DNA of 64,000 nucleotides from Saccostrea echinata (Eukaryota): NCBI RefSeq assembly GCF_033153115.1, contig NW_026889830.1, positions 1,240,001 to 1,304,000 of the forward strand, read 5' to 3'. Shown piece by piece: positions 34,436 to 48,245 of this stretch (position 1 is its first letter; each line of letters starts with the position of its first letter). The notes under the pieces were generated by a model. It saw only the letters and a program-made list of their open reading frames with translations, ran no database searches and was not told where the DNA came from. The position numbers and the translations under genes were made by a program.

Positions 34436-36859
34436 AACGATGCACAGGTACTAACATTCTATACCAGCAGCAATCTTCTCCACTTCTTGTATGATAGAAA
34501 TAACAATGCGCTCTCCACACATTAACCACTGAAGTCTTTTCCAGTAAGCTGTCCAAGTATGGATGTGTAAATTTATTTACGAGTTCCATATTTTTATTGA
34601 AAAGCAGCTGTGTATGATGTCAAAAAGTGTGGAATTTAATTTATCGTGAAGAATGGTTGAACAGTGTGTTTGAAAAGTCGTACGTTTTGATGTTAATTTT
34701 GGAAGATTTTGTGGTTTCAAATTTTCTAAAAGTTCCTTGCAATTTTCAAGTATCCGCATAGGATTAAAACAACATCTCGAATATATTGTTATACAGTACT
34801 CTTAAACAATCTCCTTTTTTACTCAAGGACATGTAACAGGCAAAATGTTTCCATAATAAAAATATAAAATTAACCTTTAATCCAAATTATAAATTAAGTT
34901 AAGCTGGCCCCTGGGTTCAGGTTCCAGGAGAGACTTATTTGATATTATATATTGTAAATGCATTATATCTCACCAAATCTTTGTCTTTACGTATGCACAT
35001 ACTGCACGTAGTTTGTTTGAATAATTATGAGTACTCAGGTTTTCACTAAATAATGATCCCAGTGTACATGGTACAGTCCTTAGGTTGGGGTTTCGTTGGT
35101 CATATATTGAAAAAATATATATCTATATAGAAATATATTTGAAAATATCTTCCTTTTCCCTACTCATGGACGTTAAGCATGCAAACTGTAAACATAATTA
35201 TACAATTTAACAATAAACTCTCCACCAAAATTGTGAAATCCGTTACCCTTGGTACTATGTTTTAGGCCCTAAAATATCGTCTCAAGCCACGGTCCGGAGT
35301 CCGCATATAGCTCTCTCCTACCCGTGGCTGCTTGATCACAAAAAGTGTCGTAATCTTAAATATTTACGCCTCTCTGTTGTGACGTCATGTTCAGCCAATG
35401 ACGTATTTGTTAACAACTGACATCAAGAGTAGACAAGAAATGTTTCGTATACTGCGATTGGGTATTGAAAGGTCGCGTCAAAGTTCATTATCCGACTATG
35501 CTTTACTTGCATTGGTCAAAATTTTAATGAGCTGCGAAATATTCTCTTCTCATTCAACCACGGCCAGAATGGGAGAGCGACGATGGCCCTAATATGGAAA
35601 AAAGATAACAACAGTGATCGAAATATATTATCTCGATGAAAGGCGTACCTTTGGAAACTAATTAATCATTTTTAAAATTGTAAACCTCACATGTCACGTC
35701 GCCTGTGTCTAGCAAGCGATGGTACAGACTCCAGTATGAGTATAGATTAGCCATTATAATTGAATGAACATTACATCCTCGAAAATATTGACTCCTATAT
35801 ATAGGTAGACGAACTGCATGATTATAACATATAATTGTTAAATTCATGGTTCCTTGGCCGTTTCGTCGAAGTTCTAGGATGGGTTAAATTGGTCATATAT
35901 TCAAAATACATTGTATTTTTGAAGGAAAAAAGTTTCATTAATATTGACTTTCTTTTTATGACAATGCTAACTTAATAAACATTCAATTTTTGTTGACATT
36001 AAGTCCGTCACGTGATCGTGTCGCGATTTATAGCTTTGCGTATACCGGATATGCAAGTCGGCCTTTGATGATCTGTTAGTGGCTGAAGCAAATTACGTGA
36101 CCTTTAAAAAGGTATATAAGCGAGCGCAGCTTCGAGATTCTTTTGAATCCAGGCAGCAGAGACAAGAAGACGGTTCATTCGGAGATACGGTTAGTTGGGT
36201 GGATTGCCTAATATTGAGGCTTGCCACGATTACTTTATCAATACTAGGTGGATTGCCTGAGGCGAAGGCTTACCACAACAAATTAGTAGTATTGCGTGAC
36301 TAACCATTTAGAGGCCGACCATAGAGGGAGGACAACGTTGACACCTATCTGTCAACTTCTTTTCATGGTTAAAATTAGCAACTAGCCCTCTACAATATGA
36401 TAATGTATTACATCTATGTTCCCCGGGTCTGGGTATCAAGCCACAGGATGTCTCTTGTTACTGTATCACTTGCTATTAAATCCCTTTAAGTTTTAAAAAC
36501 GATTAAAGAAAATTACTGTTCTGCGTGTTAACACAAGTTTTTTTTTTTAAAAAAAAAACAAAAAAACAAAACATGAATTAATGTGTGAAACATACATACG
36601 CATATACGCTAGATCCTGTATATAGGAGCCTTTATAATATCATTATCTATCACTCTAAAATCAAAATTTCAGAAACAAATTCATTATTCCTTTTTAAATT
36701 GCACGTACCGTGTATATGTACATTGAGGTCAATATTCAAACGCATTATACTATCAAGTATACGAGGAGTCATAAGAATGATAAGAGATAAGTAATTTAGT
36801 ATAACTGTCAATATAAGTCCTGGAGAATTGTGCAATTCTTTGTTATAATTCTTTGTATC

Positions 36860-38316
36860 ATGCGGTCCATTCTTGTGACAGTACTTTTCTTTCTCTCCTT
36901 TATCTTCTGTTGTACCGCGTTCTGCTTCAGTTACGAACGGACGCCATTACAACACGGGGCACAAGGTAGGAGATGGTGGAATTCAGTGTTGACATAACTT
37001 CATGCACATGATTTTGTGTATAAAGAGTCTAAGAGGATTTTATAGAATGTTTCATGAATTCATGAGTATTTTTTTTTGTTTACGCCGAAGTTTAGGTAAG
37101 AACTTTATTACATCCCTCATAATCATCAGGGACCAGGCGTATATCACAGGGAAGAGACCAGTACATTTGGCATGGGACAATATTTTGTGTTTTTTATCAA
37201 AGACGATCATGGGATAATTTTTTTTTTCAACTGAATTATCCACGTGACAAAACAATTTTTATGGCGTTAAATTGCTGAATCGATAACCTCGGGGGAAATT
37301 TCATCGTACTACAGAGCAACCTTGCGAAAAAGTTATTCAAATTTGACGAAATGGGAGATAATTAAGATTTTGCGGAAATTTGATGACATCTTTTAAAATA
37401 TTTTTTCTCGAGAACTCCTGGGCCTTGGCTATTATTCACGAGTGTGTTATATACAAAAATTATGCAGACTTGCTATAGAACAACCGATTTTTGTAAATAA
37501 TGGTATGAACAAATAAACTGCACATTGCAATTGTTTTAAAAATGTGACCTCGGTTTTTTAATTTCGAGATTCAGCAGAGAAACGAAAATATGGCACACTA
37601 CTTGATCTTTTGTTTCTCAGTAATGGTCCCTGAGATCTGTTGAATGCACCACTGAAAAAACGATATATTTCAAACATTGATGTAAGATTCTAACATGACT
37701 CACGTTATCTTTTTAGCACCAAAACACCACTGTAATTTAAACGGCGTGGGATTAGCGGCAGGAGAAACCTACACAAACACTACCAGCTGTCTTAAGTGTC
37801 ACTGTGCGGAGAATCACTATGTTTTCTGCTGCTCGTATGATATTTATTCAGATTACATTTCATATTTAGAGTTTATTCAAAAAGAATTTACTTACTCTAT
37901 TTTACAAATACACTCAGGCAGTTAAACTTTTCAGTAAATCATTTTTCTAAAACTAAGTCTATATAATTTATATATGTCTTTACACAGTGTTGTTTTCGCC
38001 AATGTTACTTTGTATATGTTTATCCCATGTTCCATTTGCCAAAATACAGACATATTTAAGAGGCTTTTAAGTCAACTCTTTTGAATTTGCCCTCTTGCAA
38101 AGGATCGGGAGATTTCTTGGCATAAAGTTATTTACATTCATTGATTTTATTTTTTTAATTATTTTTCTTAATATATTGTAAATTAATTTATTTAGAATGA
38201 TATCTAGTTACGTGTTGCCAGAAGGTTGTGTTGTCATAACCAAGGACTGTGTACAGGAGATTGTGTACGAATCAGATGGATCTCAATGTCAGCCATTGGC
38301 GGCTGTAGGGAAGTGA
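36860..38316 (+). CDS. Beta-microseminoprotein (PSP94/MSMB)-like secreted protein, 114 aa; join(36860..36965,37717..37834,38196..38316)
   Basis: GT-AG introns, phases 1 and 2, 345 nt: MRSILVTVLFFLSFIFCCTAFCFSYERTPLQHGAQAPKHHCNLNGVGLAAGETYTNTTSCLKCHCAENHYVFCCSMISSYVLPEGCVVITKDCVQEIVYESDGSQCQPLAAVGK; signal peptide, 10 mature Cys with CxxCxC...CC pattern and C-terminal VG; AATAAA at about 38376. Confidence 0.88.
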
Positions 38317-39157
38317 CGTCACAGAATGAAACTGACATCACTTGATGGCACAAAGTCTATAGATAAATAGTTTTGAATAAAGGAATTTTTTTCAAAAAAA
38401 AAGAAGAAAATCATTAAAGAACATAAATTTGAAAATGAAGATTTGACTGTATTTTAGTTCTATGATAACCAACCGGAAGGTGGACCAAGGAAGGCTACTG
38501 GAAGGTATCATAAATGGGCTAAAATTAGACTTTAATGTGGGTCATCAAGTCTTCTCAGTGGACACTTGAAGACCTAAGAATTTTGGCAGATAGCGTGAAA
38601 ATGTCTAAGCGACGTTGGACGACTACCATGGCGTTGCGGAGAACATCTAATTGAGTGTTGCTTAATGCATTGCTGTAGATTACAGAGGATGTCAGAGAGA
38701 GCCAACAACATCAAAGAGGTCCCCTCCAGCAGCCCCTAGACCACCCTAGCAGATCCAAATTTAAGACCTAGGTCCCGTTCCGCTAGAATCCATTCTAAAG
38801 TTTCAGGTACATCAACGTTCCAAAAACCAATGTCCTAGACATGGATCTGCCGATGAACGCAAGCTTTACTTACAAATCACATTTAGAAAGCACTTTCTCT
38901 CAAAATGAGGGGAACGCTACGCAAGTGTTAAGATCTCTTACCAGATGTAGATGGCGGCACGCAACACAAGCTTAACGTACTGACGAGGAGTAAGCGACAT
39001 CCATCACAGGGTCATACCCGTCGTCGCTCCTTTGATTTTGTCAGGCAATACTAGTAATTGCCTTTATTATATCATTGAAGTCTTAGATTTCAGATTGGTT
39101 GAGGTCAAATAAGATCACCCGAATAATTAAGGCCTTCTAGGTGAACAAATAACATTG

Positions 39158-39350
39158 GACCGGTCACGGTAGCTTAGTGGTAGGGCGCTCGCTTCGTGAA
39201 CGGGATGCCCGGGTTTGATTCTCGTTCGCTGGGACGCGTCAAACCTAAAACGTAAACATAGGTAGTGATTGTTCCTTCGACAAGCACCCGGCACTAGAAG
39301 TGAAAGTCATTGGTCTTTCGGATGAGACCTTAAAAACCGAGGTCCGGTGA
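39158..39350 (+). mobile_element. 3'-truncated Meta/Deu SINE (family C)
   Basis: gaccggtcacggtagcttagtggtagggcgctcgcttcgtg...ggtctttcggatgagaccttaaaaaccgaggtcc. Confidence 0.8.
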
Positions 39351-39925
39351 CTTAAAAATCTTGCTCTAGATCAACTAGTCACGGAAATACGCGTGTGACG
39401 TCAAATAACAAGATCATGGGACATAAAAACCGTTAGATATAAAGGGTTCGTCTTTGTTTAAAGATCAGCAAAATGCAGATATCTTAATTTATTGCGCTCA
39501 AATACAGATTTTAAAAATTTAAAGAGATTCCTTTGCTCAGCCAATTCTGAATTTTTTCCATGCTGAAAAAGAAAGGTTTTCAGAATCAGTGACAGTCTTT
39601 TGAGTCATTAACGAGACAACATTTACTATGAAATAATTTAATAGTTGTTTAATTTGTATTTATATCTTCTACAACACAAAACATACCCATGTTTAGTTCA
39701 TTGTCTAAATTACAGTCTACATTTTATCCCTTGGCAATGGGTGGGATTGCTCTTTTAGCAAATTACAAAAGGAACTATGCCCCGGGGGCTTGCCCGAGGG
39801 GAATAATTCCTGTTAAAATATTTGGTGAAGGAGCTTTCAAACTCAAACACAGTGGATAAGCGTTTAATTATGTTTTATATTATTATTTTTTTGGAGTACT
39901 ATGAGAAACTTACTGTGGCAAAGTC

Positions 39926-42900
39926 TTCTGCGTTCAGTATGATATATGCGATTTTTTTTATTACCAAGCTTTGCTGTATAGTTTTGTGTCTAACTTACAT
40001 GTCCTTCGAACACACTGCTCGAGACACTCGTTTAGACTTAAGAATCTGTTAGGGTTTCCGTCACAGCCTCTATAGATAAACGGCTGACACTGATTGGTGT
40101 CACTGTACCCCCATCTGAGTAAAATACGATTCCCATTTCCAGGCTCTATCGGCAGGTCGCAAATGTCACGATCAGCTAAAACACACGTACACAAAATAGT
40201 TGTATGTCACTTATTGCTATAATTAAGGAATTATGTTACATGGAATAAAAACCTGAAAATAGTTTTATATAATTATATAAATGATCAACTATAACCACAG
40301 TAACCAATCAGTGTACGTACGACATGCCATTAATGTGCATCCAACCTGTCCAGGTGCTGCGCAGAAACATCCATTACAACCATCAGTGGCAGGAAAACCA
40401 TCTCCAACGTCGTAGAAGCAACCATAATAAAAGCAATCTCCTATCATATAGAACGCAAAGTTGTTCTTAAAGGTATTAGAAAAAAAGGGTTTTCGCTTAA
40501 TCACGAGTAGTGTCACTTATTTTTTAATTAAAGGATACATGATGTCTTCATGAGCAATTCTATTTAACCACATGAACTTTTTTGGCAGACGTGGTTAACC
40601 ATTTTGATGAAACTTTGCCTATTATTTACGATTTACACCGGAAACGTAAATTAATCAAAATTTTTTTGGCTACTTTAAATACTTTTTTAGCCCTATCAAT
40701 GATGAAGAAAACCGAATTCACCACGCCCAAAAACATAAGACCTACATTTAATTGTCATATATGATGTAAAGAAATTATAACGAATTTATATCCAAATGGA
40801 TGGTTCATGTAACCATGGCTCATTGGGCAAACATGTTATATAATAAGCACTCATTTTTAGAAATAATTATAAATGTTACATAATCAATCTCAATTCCAAA
40901 CGATTTAAAAAAAATAAAAAATAGTTCACCTTACATAATAATGTTTTATCAGTACTATTCTAAATTCATATAAAATAATTGCTATAGTAACAATTTGTGG
41001 ATTAGTTCTTAAAAAAAGCTGCAAGATGATTATTTCATATACTTCGTTTTCTAATTTCATAGCAATATTGAACTTTTTTGATAGCTTCTTTCTTCCAGCT
41101 AGAGATGAATTGAAAGCCAGATAAGTTTATAAATAATTTTAATGTGGACATTTTCCTACAGTTATATTAATCAAAGGACACTTCAGTGAAACCACGCTCA
41201 GCGAACACTTATAATGAATTTACGCTTATTGCAAAGTGATTTTCATTCCCCCTGGCTATAAAATATATTGCGAGCTTAACAGACACAAAGTCTGCCACAT
41301 CTTTTTTCATATTTGGATGTTTTTTTCTAACGATAGACGATAATTATGGACCAACTAACAACTAAATTTTATGACAACGAAAATGACTTCAAATTTTCCA
41401 TCGTTAACGTTCCTTATTGATGTAGTAATATCCCGCTGTCTCCTGCATAAGGTGTTTACATCTCCTAATTTCTTCGATATTCAAGAGCATGCCCCGAGAA
41501 CGATCAATTTGTAAACCGAGGCAGGTTACTGACAAAAAAGTTCATGTTACAGGGATTTCAACAACCTTGTTTAAAGTCGGCATTTCGTAAATTCTAGGTC
41601 GTTTTATTGACTTAGCAGATAGCAGATATAACCTACCATTGCGTCATTTATTTTTCTGACGTGTTTCTTCCCGATTGTTATGCTTTTTTATACTGAGTTT
41701 GAATAAGGAATGTTCCATCTACCTGATCAATACATAGGTGTCATGGCGGTGTGACTGGTCAACAGGGGATGCTTTCTCCTGCTAGGCACCTGATCCAACC
41801 TCTGGAATTTCTAGGGGTCTGTGTTTTATGCCCTGTGTATTGTTTATAGTTTTTCTTTTGGATATCGATCAATGTTCGTTATCTTCCATCTTCTCAAATA
41901 ACAGATTACGCTAATAATGAAGCAACATTATCCCTCCCTGGATTTTCGTTAAAAGCGTGTTTTACTGTAAATTTTTTCAGATTTTTATACAAGTATTTTA
42001 ATATATTTTCCATAGCAAACAACCTGTTACTTTTTGAATACTGTACGTGTACATAAATTGGCGTATTCAAATTAAGCGCAATCACTGGGTATGGAGTTGT
42101 TGGCGAAATCACAATTTACCGCTATACATGTCCGTGCCGTATATTGTATATATAAATGATTTCTTAATGGTATTCATGAATTAGCGCATCGTTGTCTGCG
42201 CCAAAGCCGCTAAAATATGAAGCCCGCTTATTTTAAATACACATACAGTAAATGTTGAACTTTTAAGATATAGATATTATAAGTTATGATTATAATTTCT
42301 TGCTAATACAAAATACTGTATTTTGTTAAATTTAAAGATCCTTTCTTTCAACCTTACAACTTCTACACAACGTTTTACAATCTTTTTGACTTTTCCTGAT
42401 GAAAAGCTTTAAACCTGTAGCCGATACTTACGGGTACTGCCGTAGAACAGCGACGTATCTCTATCTGCCAATTCTTACCGATACCTTTGTTTATAAGGTC
42501 TCAATCGGACACTGATCATTAAGTCCAAAAGTTGCATTCAAACCTGAGATTATAGGACAGCTCCTTACTCCGAGACTTCTGAAATAACTACGATTTCCTT
42601 ACAGGGAAAATCGATAAAACGTTAAGAAGTATAAATTTAAGTAACGTGTAGAAGGAAACGCACGGGATTTGATAAAAAAAAATAAATTCAAGTAACGTTT
42701 TGAAGGTTAACGGGACAATATTACAAAAAAAGGTTATATTGAAATTCTAGGTCTTATGTCGCAGAAGATAATGGCTTGAAAATGATCCCTCATGGCTAAA
42801 CGACTTAGTGCCAAGAATAGTTCTAAATTTTCAGCCTTCAATTGGCAAGTGTTTGCGTCCCGACCTGAATAAATATCTCTATGGAACGAGAAGAAAAATA

Positions 42901-43299
42901 ACTAAATAAATAATTTAGTTAAAAAAGAAACAATCAAAATCAATACCTAATTGTCGTCTGGGTCCATGATATCTTCCAGCAGATATAACAGTCACTGCCT
43001 GTTTTATATACAGTAAAAATTGGTTTTAAAGAACTCCCTCATGCACACTTGAAAGAAACTGTAATGAATCTTTTAGAAGACTTTCAACTCTGTTCCTTTC
43101 TAGATGTAAGGAAGCTAAATCGTCCATGTGACTGTCTTTTAACCACGTTTTATTAAATATATATTTAGACAATTGCATAGTCCTAGTTCAGTTATACATT
43201 TAGATGGAAAAATATCTTTATCTCTTTGCAATACAAAATTGAAAATACATTTAAATATTTACTTACTATGAAATACAAATATCCTTGTATTTTTATCAT
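39926..43299 (-). CDS. Secreted pacifastin-like + Kunitz protease inhibitor, about 127 aa; complement join(43299..43267,42998..42947,40440..40321,40175..39999,39927..39926)
   Basis: MIKIQGYLYFI|AVTVISAGRYHGPRRQLG|DCFYYGCFYDVGDGFPATDGCNGCFCAAPGQVGCTLMACP|DRDICDLPIEPGNGNRILLRWGYSDTNQCQPFIYRGCDGNPNRFLSLNECLEQCVRRT*. The two domain exons are phase 1-1 and certain; the two 5' exons and the split T|AA stop are best-fit inferences. Confidence 0.8.
41290..41900 (+). mobile_element. Penelope-like retroelement remnant (RT C-terminus + 3' end), inserted in a MITE (41185-41975)
   Basis: YDNENDFKFSIVNVPY*CSNIPLSPA*GVYIS*FLRYSRAC followed by ggtgtgactggtcaacaggggatgct...ctaggcacctgatcc. Confidence 0.8.
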
Positions 43300-44621
43300 A
43301 ATTAAGAGTGTTTAACAATATTGCAAATCTGATGTTTTTATAGATAAAGTGATTGATTTGCATAATATTTACCGGTCACACCATGATATATCACCATCGG
43401 AATTCCACCGGAAGATGAAATAGATCTTTATTCTTAATAATAGTTACCTGTCTTTTGCAAACACAAAACATCTGTCATCTTAAACGTCTGTAATCTTTAT
43501 TCTAATAAATTTTCTGACACAAACAAGAGGTTGCAAACTTTGAAAACATGAGTAGAATTTTTTTATCATAAAGAGAAAAATATTGGGAAAAGAGAGGGTG
43601 GCATATTTTTTTCCTGGCACGTTTGAACGATGAACGATAAATTCTTTACATTCATATGCCTGGAAACACCACAATGATAAATAAAATTGAACGACGGAAA
43701 TTCTGATTTTACATCTTTTAATCATGGCAAGCTATAACATTATATTCTTTTATATTGTAAACTTTTATTTGTTTATTTGTTAAAGTTCATTTATTTATTT
43801 CCTTGATTCTATTCATTATCTATTCATTCATTTATTTATCTATTAATTATATATTTGTTCATTTCATTTGAAAAGCAAAAATATTATTTCTGAGAATGTA
43901 ATCACAGTTATCTTAACAATGGCGCCGTAATGAAAATGTATTAAATCGTACTAGAACCGTTAAAGCACCAGAGTATTTCTTTAATGTTTCGTTTCACCGC
44001 TCTGACTACATGTACATATAGAAGACATACTGCTACTATGTACCCACCGCGAGCTTGGTGGATTCCTGCAATGTCTGAACGGTGCCAGTGCAGCGTCAAC
44101 CGTATCCCCAAGGTGTGTTGAGTATCAGTTCACTTAAGAGATATTTTCTTATATCCTTTAGTTCCATATATTTTCCTGCGCTCTTTCCCCGGTTCCATGC
44201 ACTTCGAACACCGCACCAAACCGCAAGGCAAACTGCATAAGTAAGAATCGGGTATTAACAGAATCCCTACGAAGGGGGGCATTTATTTATGGTGCAATGA
44301 CCAATTTAAATGGAGTCTCGTATAGCCAGTGTTGACATAATATATGGGATTTCCCAATGGAAATGAACTATTTTATTTATTCTCCCAGAGAAAGGTGACG
44401 AGGTGTCCAAGACTGAGAAGGATTTATTTCAAACGTACATCTACGTCTTATTGTATTGTGTATATGACATGCATTGTGTATATGACATACTTTATTATGA
44501 GACCGATAGACACTACATTGAGAATGATCAATATAAAGTGTAAATACATAATTTATATGTAAACACCGTTGAACATGTAACTATAAATAAAGCAAAAAAC
44601 TACTTTTAACTGATCTGACCT

Positions 44622-44975
44622 ATTGATTGATTGCATGATTATAAGTTCAACTTGTTTCACTCCCCATTCGAGAATTTTAGATAAAAATATAGAGACGTCA
44701 CCGTATGCCTGTGAAGGGGTCCAAATAAAGAACTTTATTCGGCACTCAGGGCCATTGAGCAGTGAGGGTTTCTCATCGTGCCAGCGCCTACCGCGATACG
44801 ACATACCGGTTTTAAGGTCATATTCGAAACGTGTGACTTTCACTTCTCAATTTCCAGCACTTTGCGAAGGACTATGTTTACGTCTTAGGTTTGACGCGGC
44901 GTGGCAAACGAAAATCGAACCAAAGCTTCCCTATGACGAAGCAAACGCCCATATAACTAGGCTACAATAAGCGGT
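44622..44975 (-). mobile_element. Meta/Deu SINE (family C), diverged
   Basis: attgattgattg tail, gagcagtgaggg, acgtcttaggtttgacgcg. Confidence 0.75.
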
Positions 44976-47900
44976 CTCTGACCAATATATCTTGGGAATT
45001 TTTTTCTTGTCGAGGTTTTCATGCTATAATGCTCTGTTCACATGGAGAATTTAATTCAAATTAAACTTACGTTACTGCGAATTAAATTTAAACCGTCCTC
45101 AGGGAGAATTCAATGCATTAAAGTAACTACCAGGGGTGTCCTTATATAACCTTTATTTACACTATGTACAATTACAAATACCGCAGGTTCTGGCCCGTGG
45201 CCGACTCACCGTCTGCGTCTTTGGTGCATGTCCTGTCTTTTCGACATCCTGGTGCTGAAAGAGGTCCTTGCGACTGTCCCGTCATCTGACGTAACATCAT
45301 CAGTAGGTCGTACCACGGGACAGTCTGCACAGATAGTTTAATTTGAATTAATTTTCTGTGTGCATTAATGCGTTAAATTCGTGTGAAAGCTAAGCGATCT
45401 AATTTATACTTTGTATCGCGATTACTTCACAGCTATCTAACTTAATGCCACTCTTTTGCGGCGAAGTAGAGGAAACTCTAAATCTCGCGAGATTTCCGGG
45501 GCATGAATACTTATGCTAGTGACAATCGAATGATTGGAACAATTAGTATGCCGGAAGTACAATGTAATGCAAAGGGTTGAACTTTAAATAGTAGGTTGTC
45601 TAATGTGGAATGTTTAGAGTTTTTAAATCAGCTTCCAAAAGTAACGATGATCAGAAAGAAATTGTAGAATTTAATTAGAAGAGTCGGCTTACTGAAAAAG
45701 TATCAATAAAATTGTAATACTTGAGTACTGTGTTCTCTTAAAATTTATAAGCGTGGTTCAGCGAATGTTCCGCAAGATAGTTCACCAGGACTTCTTTCAT
45801 ATTTGCTCTTTAAAAATCCACAGTGTTCGTTCTCGCGTTGTATGCAACAACACATTGCCCACAGGTAACAGACGTTTCCTACCTTCATCGCGAAAGAGTT
45901 CCATAAAGATAAGCAAGTATTCTAATTAAATTTTGATGCATGCATAATAGCAAAGATAAGCTACTTGCAACTTGGTCAGATATAAGTACTTAAATTAGCA
46001 TTACTTTACTTAACTCACATTACTTTACTACGCATTTATTTACTGTGAATCAAATATGTATTGCGCAATCGTGTAGACAGAGCATAAAAACACCAGGAAA
46101 AACGAACGCACACTTTGTTTGATTGATAGAACTGCTGCCATCAATCATATTTAAAATTTCATTTTTCTAATTTAATTCTTTTGATTTCCTCAAGCAAAAA
46201 CATTATTAGGAATGAAATCTGAGTATTCCAGCCAGTATGGAAGTATTTCATAGATTTTCGGAAAATGTTCATATCAACTGGTTTTCACACTGAAAATAAA
46301 CAAGTAAAATTGTAAATGTATAGAGATTAGTTGTTAAATTGTAGTTGTAGTTATTATTATTATTTTTTTAATTTTCTTGTTTTTACGACTTTCTAATCTT
46401 TCCTTTATCTGAAAGAAGGGACAGGACGTCCAAAAAAAATTGACTTTTTTCGTTCTAAGGTCATTGTAAGTGCTTTGCATAAATTTCATGAAGTTGATCC
46501 GACCCAATAGTATAATCATTTTTTATTGGTTTTCTATATATTCACAACGTAAATTTGTATAAAGTTTGTGTACCTTTATTCTTTAAATCGTTACAAGCAT
46601 TTCTATTTATCCCTCTGTCTAGTCTTATGTATACAAATATTTACTTATCATTGACTTTTAAGAGTGTTTATTGTTATTTTCATTACATAAGAAAGATATA
46701 TGACATTAATATGAAGCCAATAATACACTACACTATTTCCATTATCTCATTACTTGATTTCGCACAGAAATTTATTTACTCTTCATTTACAAAACTCCCA
46801 CTAAGACATTTTCCATTGTTTGGTTGTCTGCCTTTCGATACTTTATGGTCATTGTGTACTCAAATATATTTCTTACCAAAAATTTCCAAGCTGGTTTCAC
46901 GGGCTCTAATTTTGCTGAAACACATACTATACGAGTAAACGTACTGTTTTCCAGAGAGGTGATAATTGATCATTTCTGTTCAGTCTGCGGGTAGAAAATT
47001 ATGCGGATTTCTTAGATTGCCACCTTTTGCCTACAATGTACTTTAAAACTTTGCGACCCCTTACATAGCATAATTTAATACCACGATGAAAAATACTTCA
47101 ACAGTATAAAAATTTATATTTATCACAACGTTTTCCTTTTTTAGCCACCCTTAATTTTTGGCTTTCTCCCCAGAATCCATACTTTCATAACAGTTTTGAA
47201 TTTCAATTCAAAAACATGACAAAAGTTTTAAGCCTCTATTCATGCATTTTTCTGGATGCTGATATGTTTTATTTAAATATGATTAATTTACGTTGAAGAA
47301 AAACAACATGAAAGGAAATGAATGCACTTACATTATAGATGCACAGCAAAAGTTCAGAAACAGAAGAGAGAGTTAGATATTTTGGAACCAATATGGAGGC
47401 CATGACCACCCAATGCTATTGAATACTTAAGACTCAGTTTTGCTACCACCACAGAAGGGCCTACTTTTTTCACCAGGGGCAACCACACCCTCTGTAACAC
47501 TGTAATTATTAGGCCACTAAAATTAGTGGCCTGGGAAGTTTCGGCCGATGAATGAGGTGCAAGGTTTATCACCAAATTCTTCAGAATTACTCTCAGTATC
47601 TTGGAGAGGGCGAACTCTATCAGCTTTCAACAGCTGCTGGAAACACTGGGGTAGCTTGAGTAACAGCAGAAAATTAATCCCTTTCTCTCCTTTTTGGAAC
47701 TTAAAGTAAATTTCTTGTTTGAATTGAACCACAAAGTGTATGAATAAAGGTCCGTAAACAATAATAGATCTGCAATTTTAACTTTTCTTGGTTGAGAAAC
47801 CGGGTGTAAATTTGGATACACCCGGCTTGAGCCGGGAATAAATAACGTGACCTCACAATGCATAATTTCTCTATCTCAAAAAGCAAATAATATGACATAC

Positions 47901-48057
47901 GATGCTATGTAGCACGTAGAAAATCCTAGGCCATTGGATAGCTTGAAATACTGTTGATTGGACACGGGTTTACAAAGAACTCATTTGGTTACATAGGAAA
48001 TAAATTCGTTATCCAGGTCCATTCAAAGGTGTACCCTGGTTGTACATACTCGTCTTA

Positions 48058-48245
48058 TATTCAGTCGAACCTCTTTATCTCGAAATTGATGGGACCAATT
48101 AAGAACTTGATGGGGCCAGAAAAGGCTTCGAGTTATTAGAGGATAAAATACTTCTAAAAATAAGTGGTTGGGACCTCCAAATCTTTGCGACATGTCCATG
48201 GTATTCGAGATATTGGTGTTCAAGATACCGAAGCTCAAATGTATA
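48058..48245. mobile_element. pogo/Tigger-type MITE
   Basis: cagtcgaacctctttatctcgaa ... ttcaagataccgaagctcaaatgta. Confidence 0.55.

Noticed and set aside
43370-43480. Alternative first coding exons for the inhibitor gene
   Set aside because: Donors give phase 1 or non-signal peptides, incompatible with the phase-0 exon at 42998; may be UTR exons
47354-47898. Cluster of overlapping minus-strand ORFs
   Set aside because: No recognisable motif or consistent exon structure
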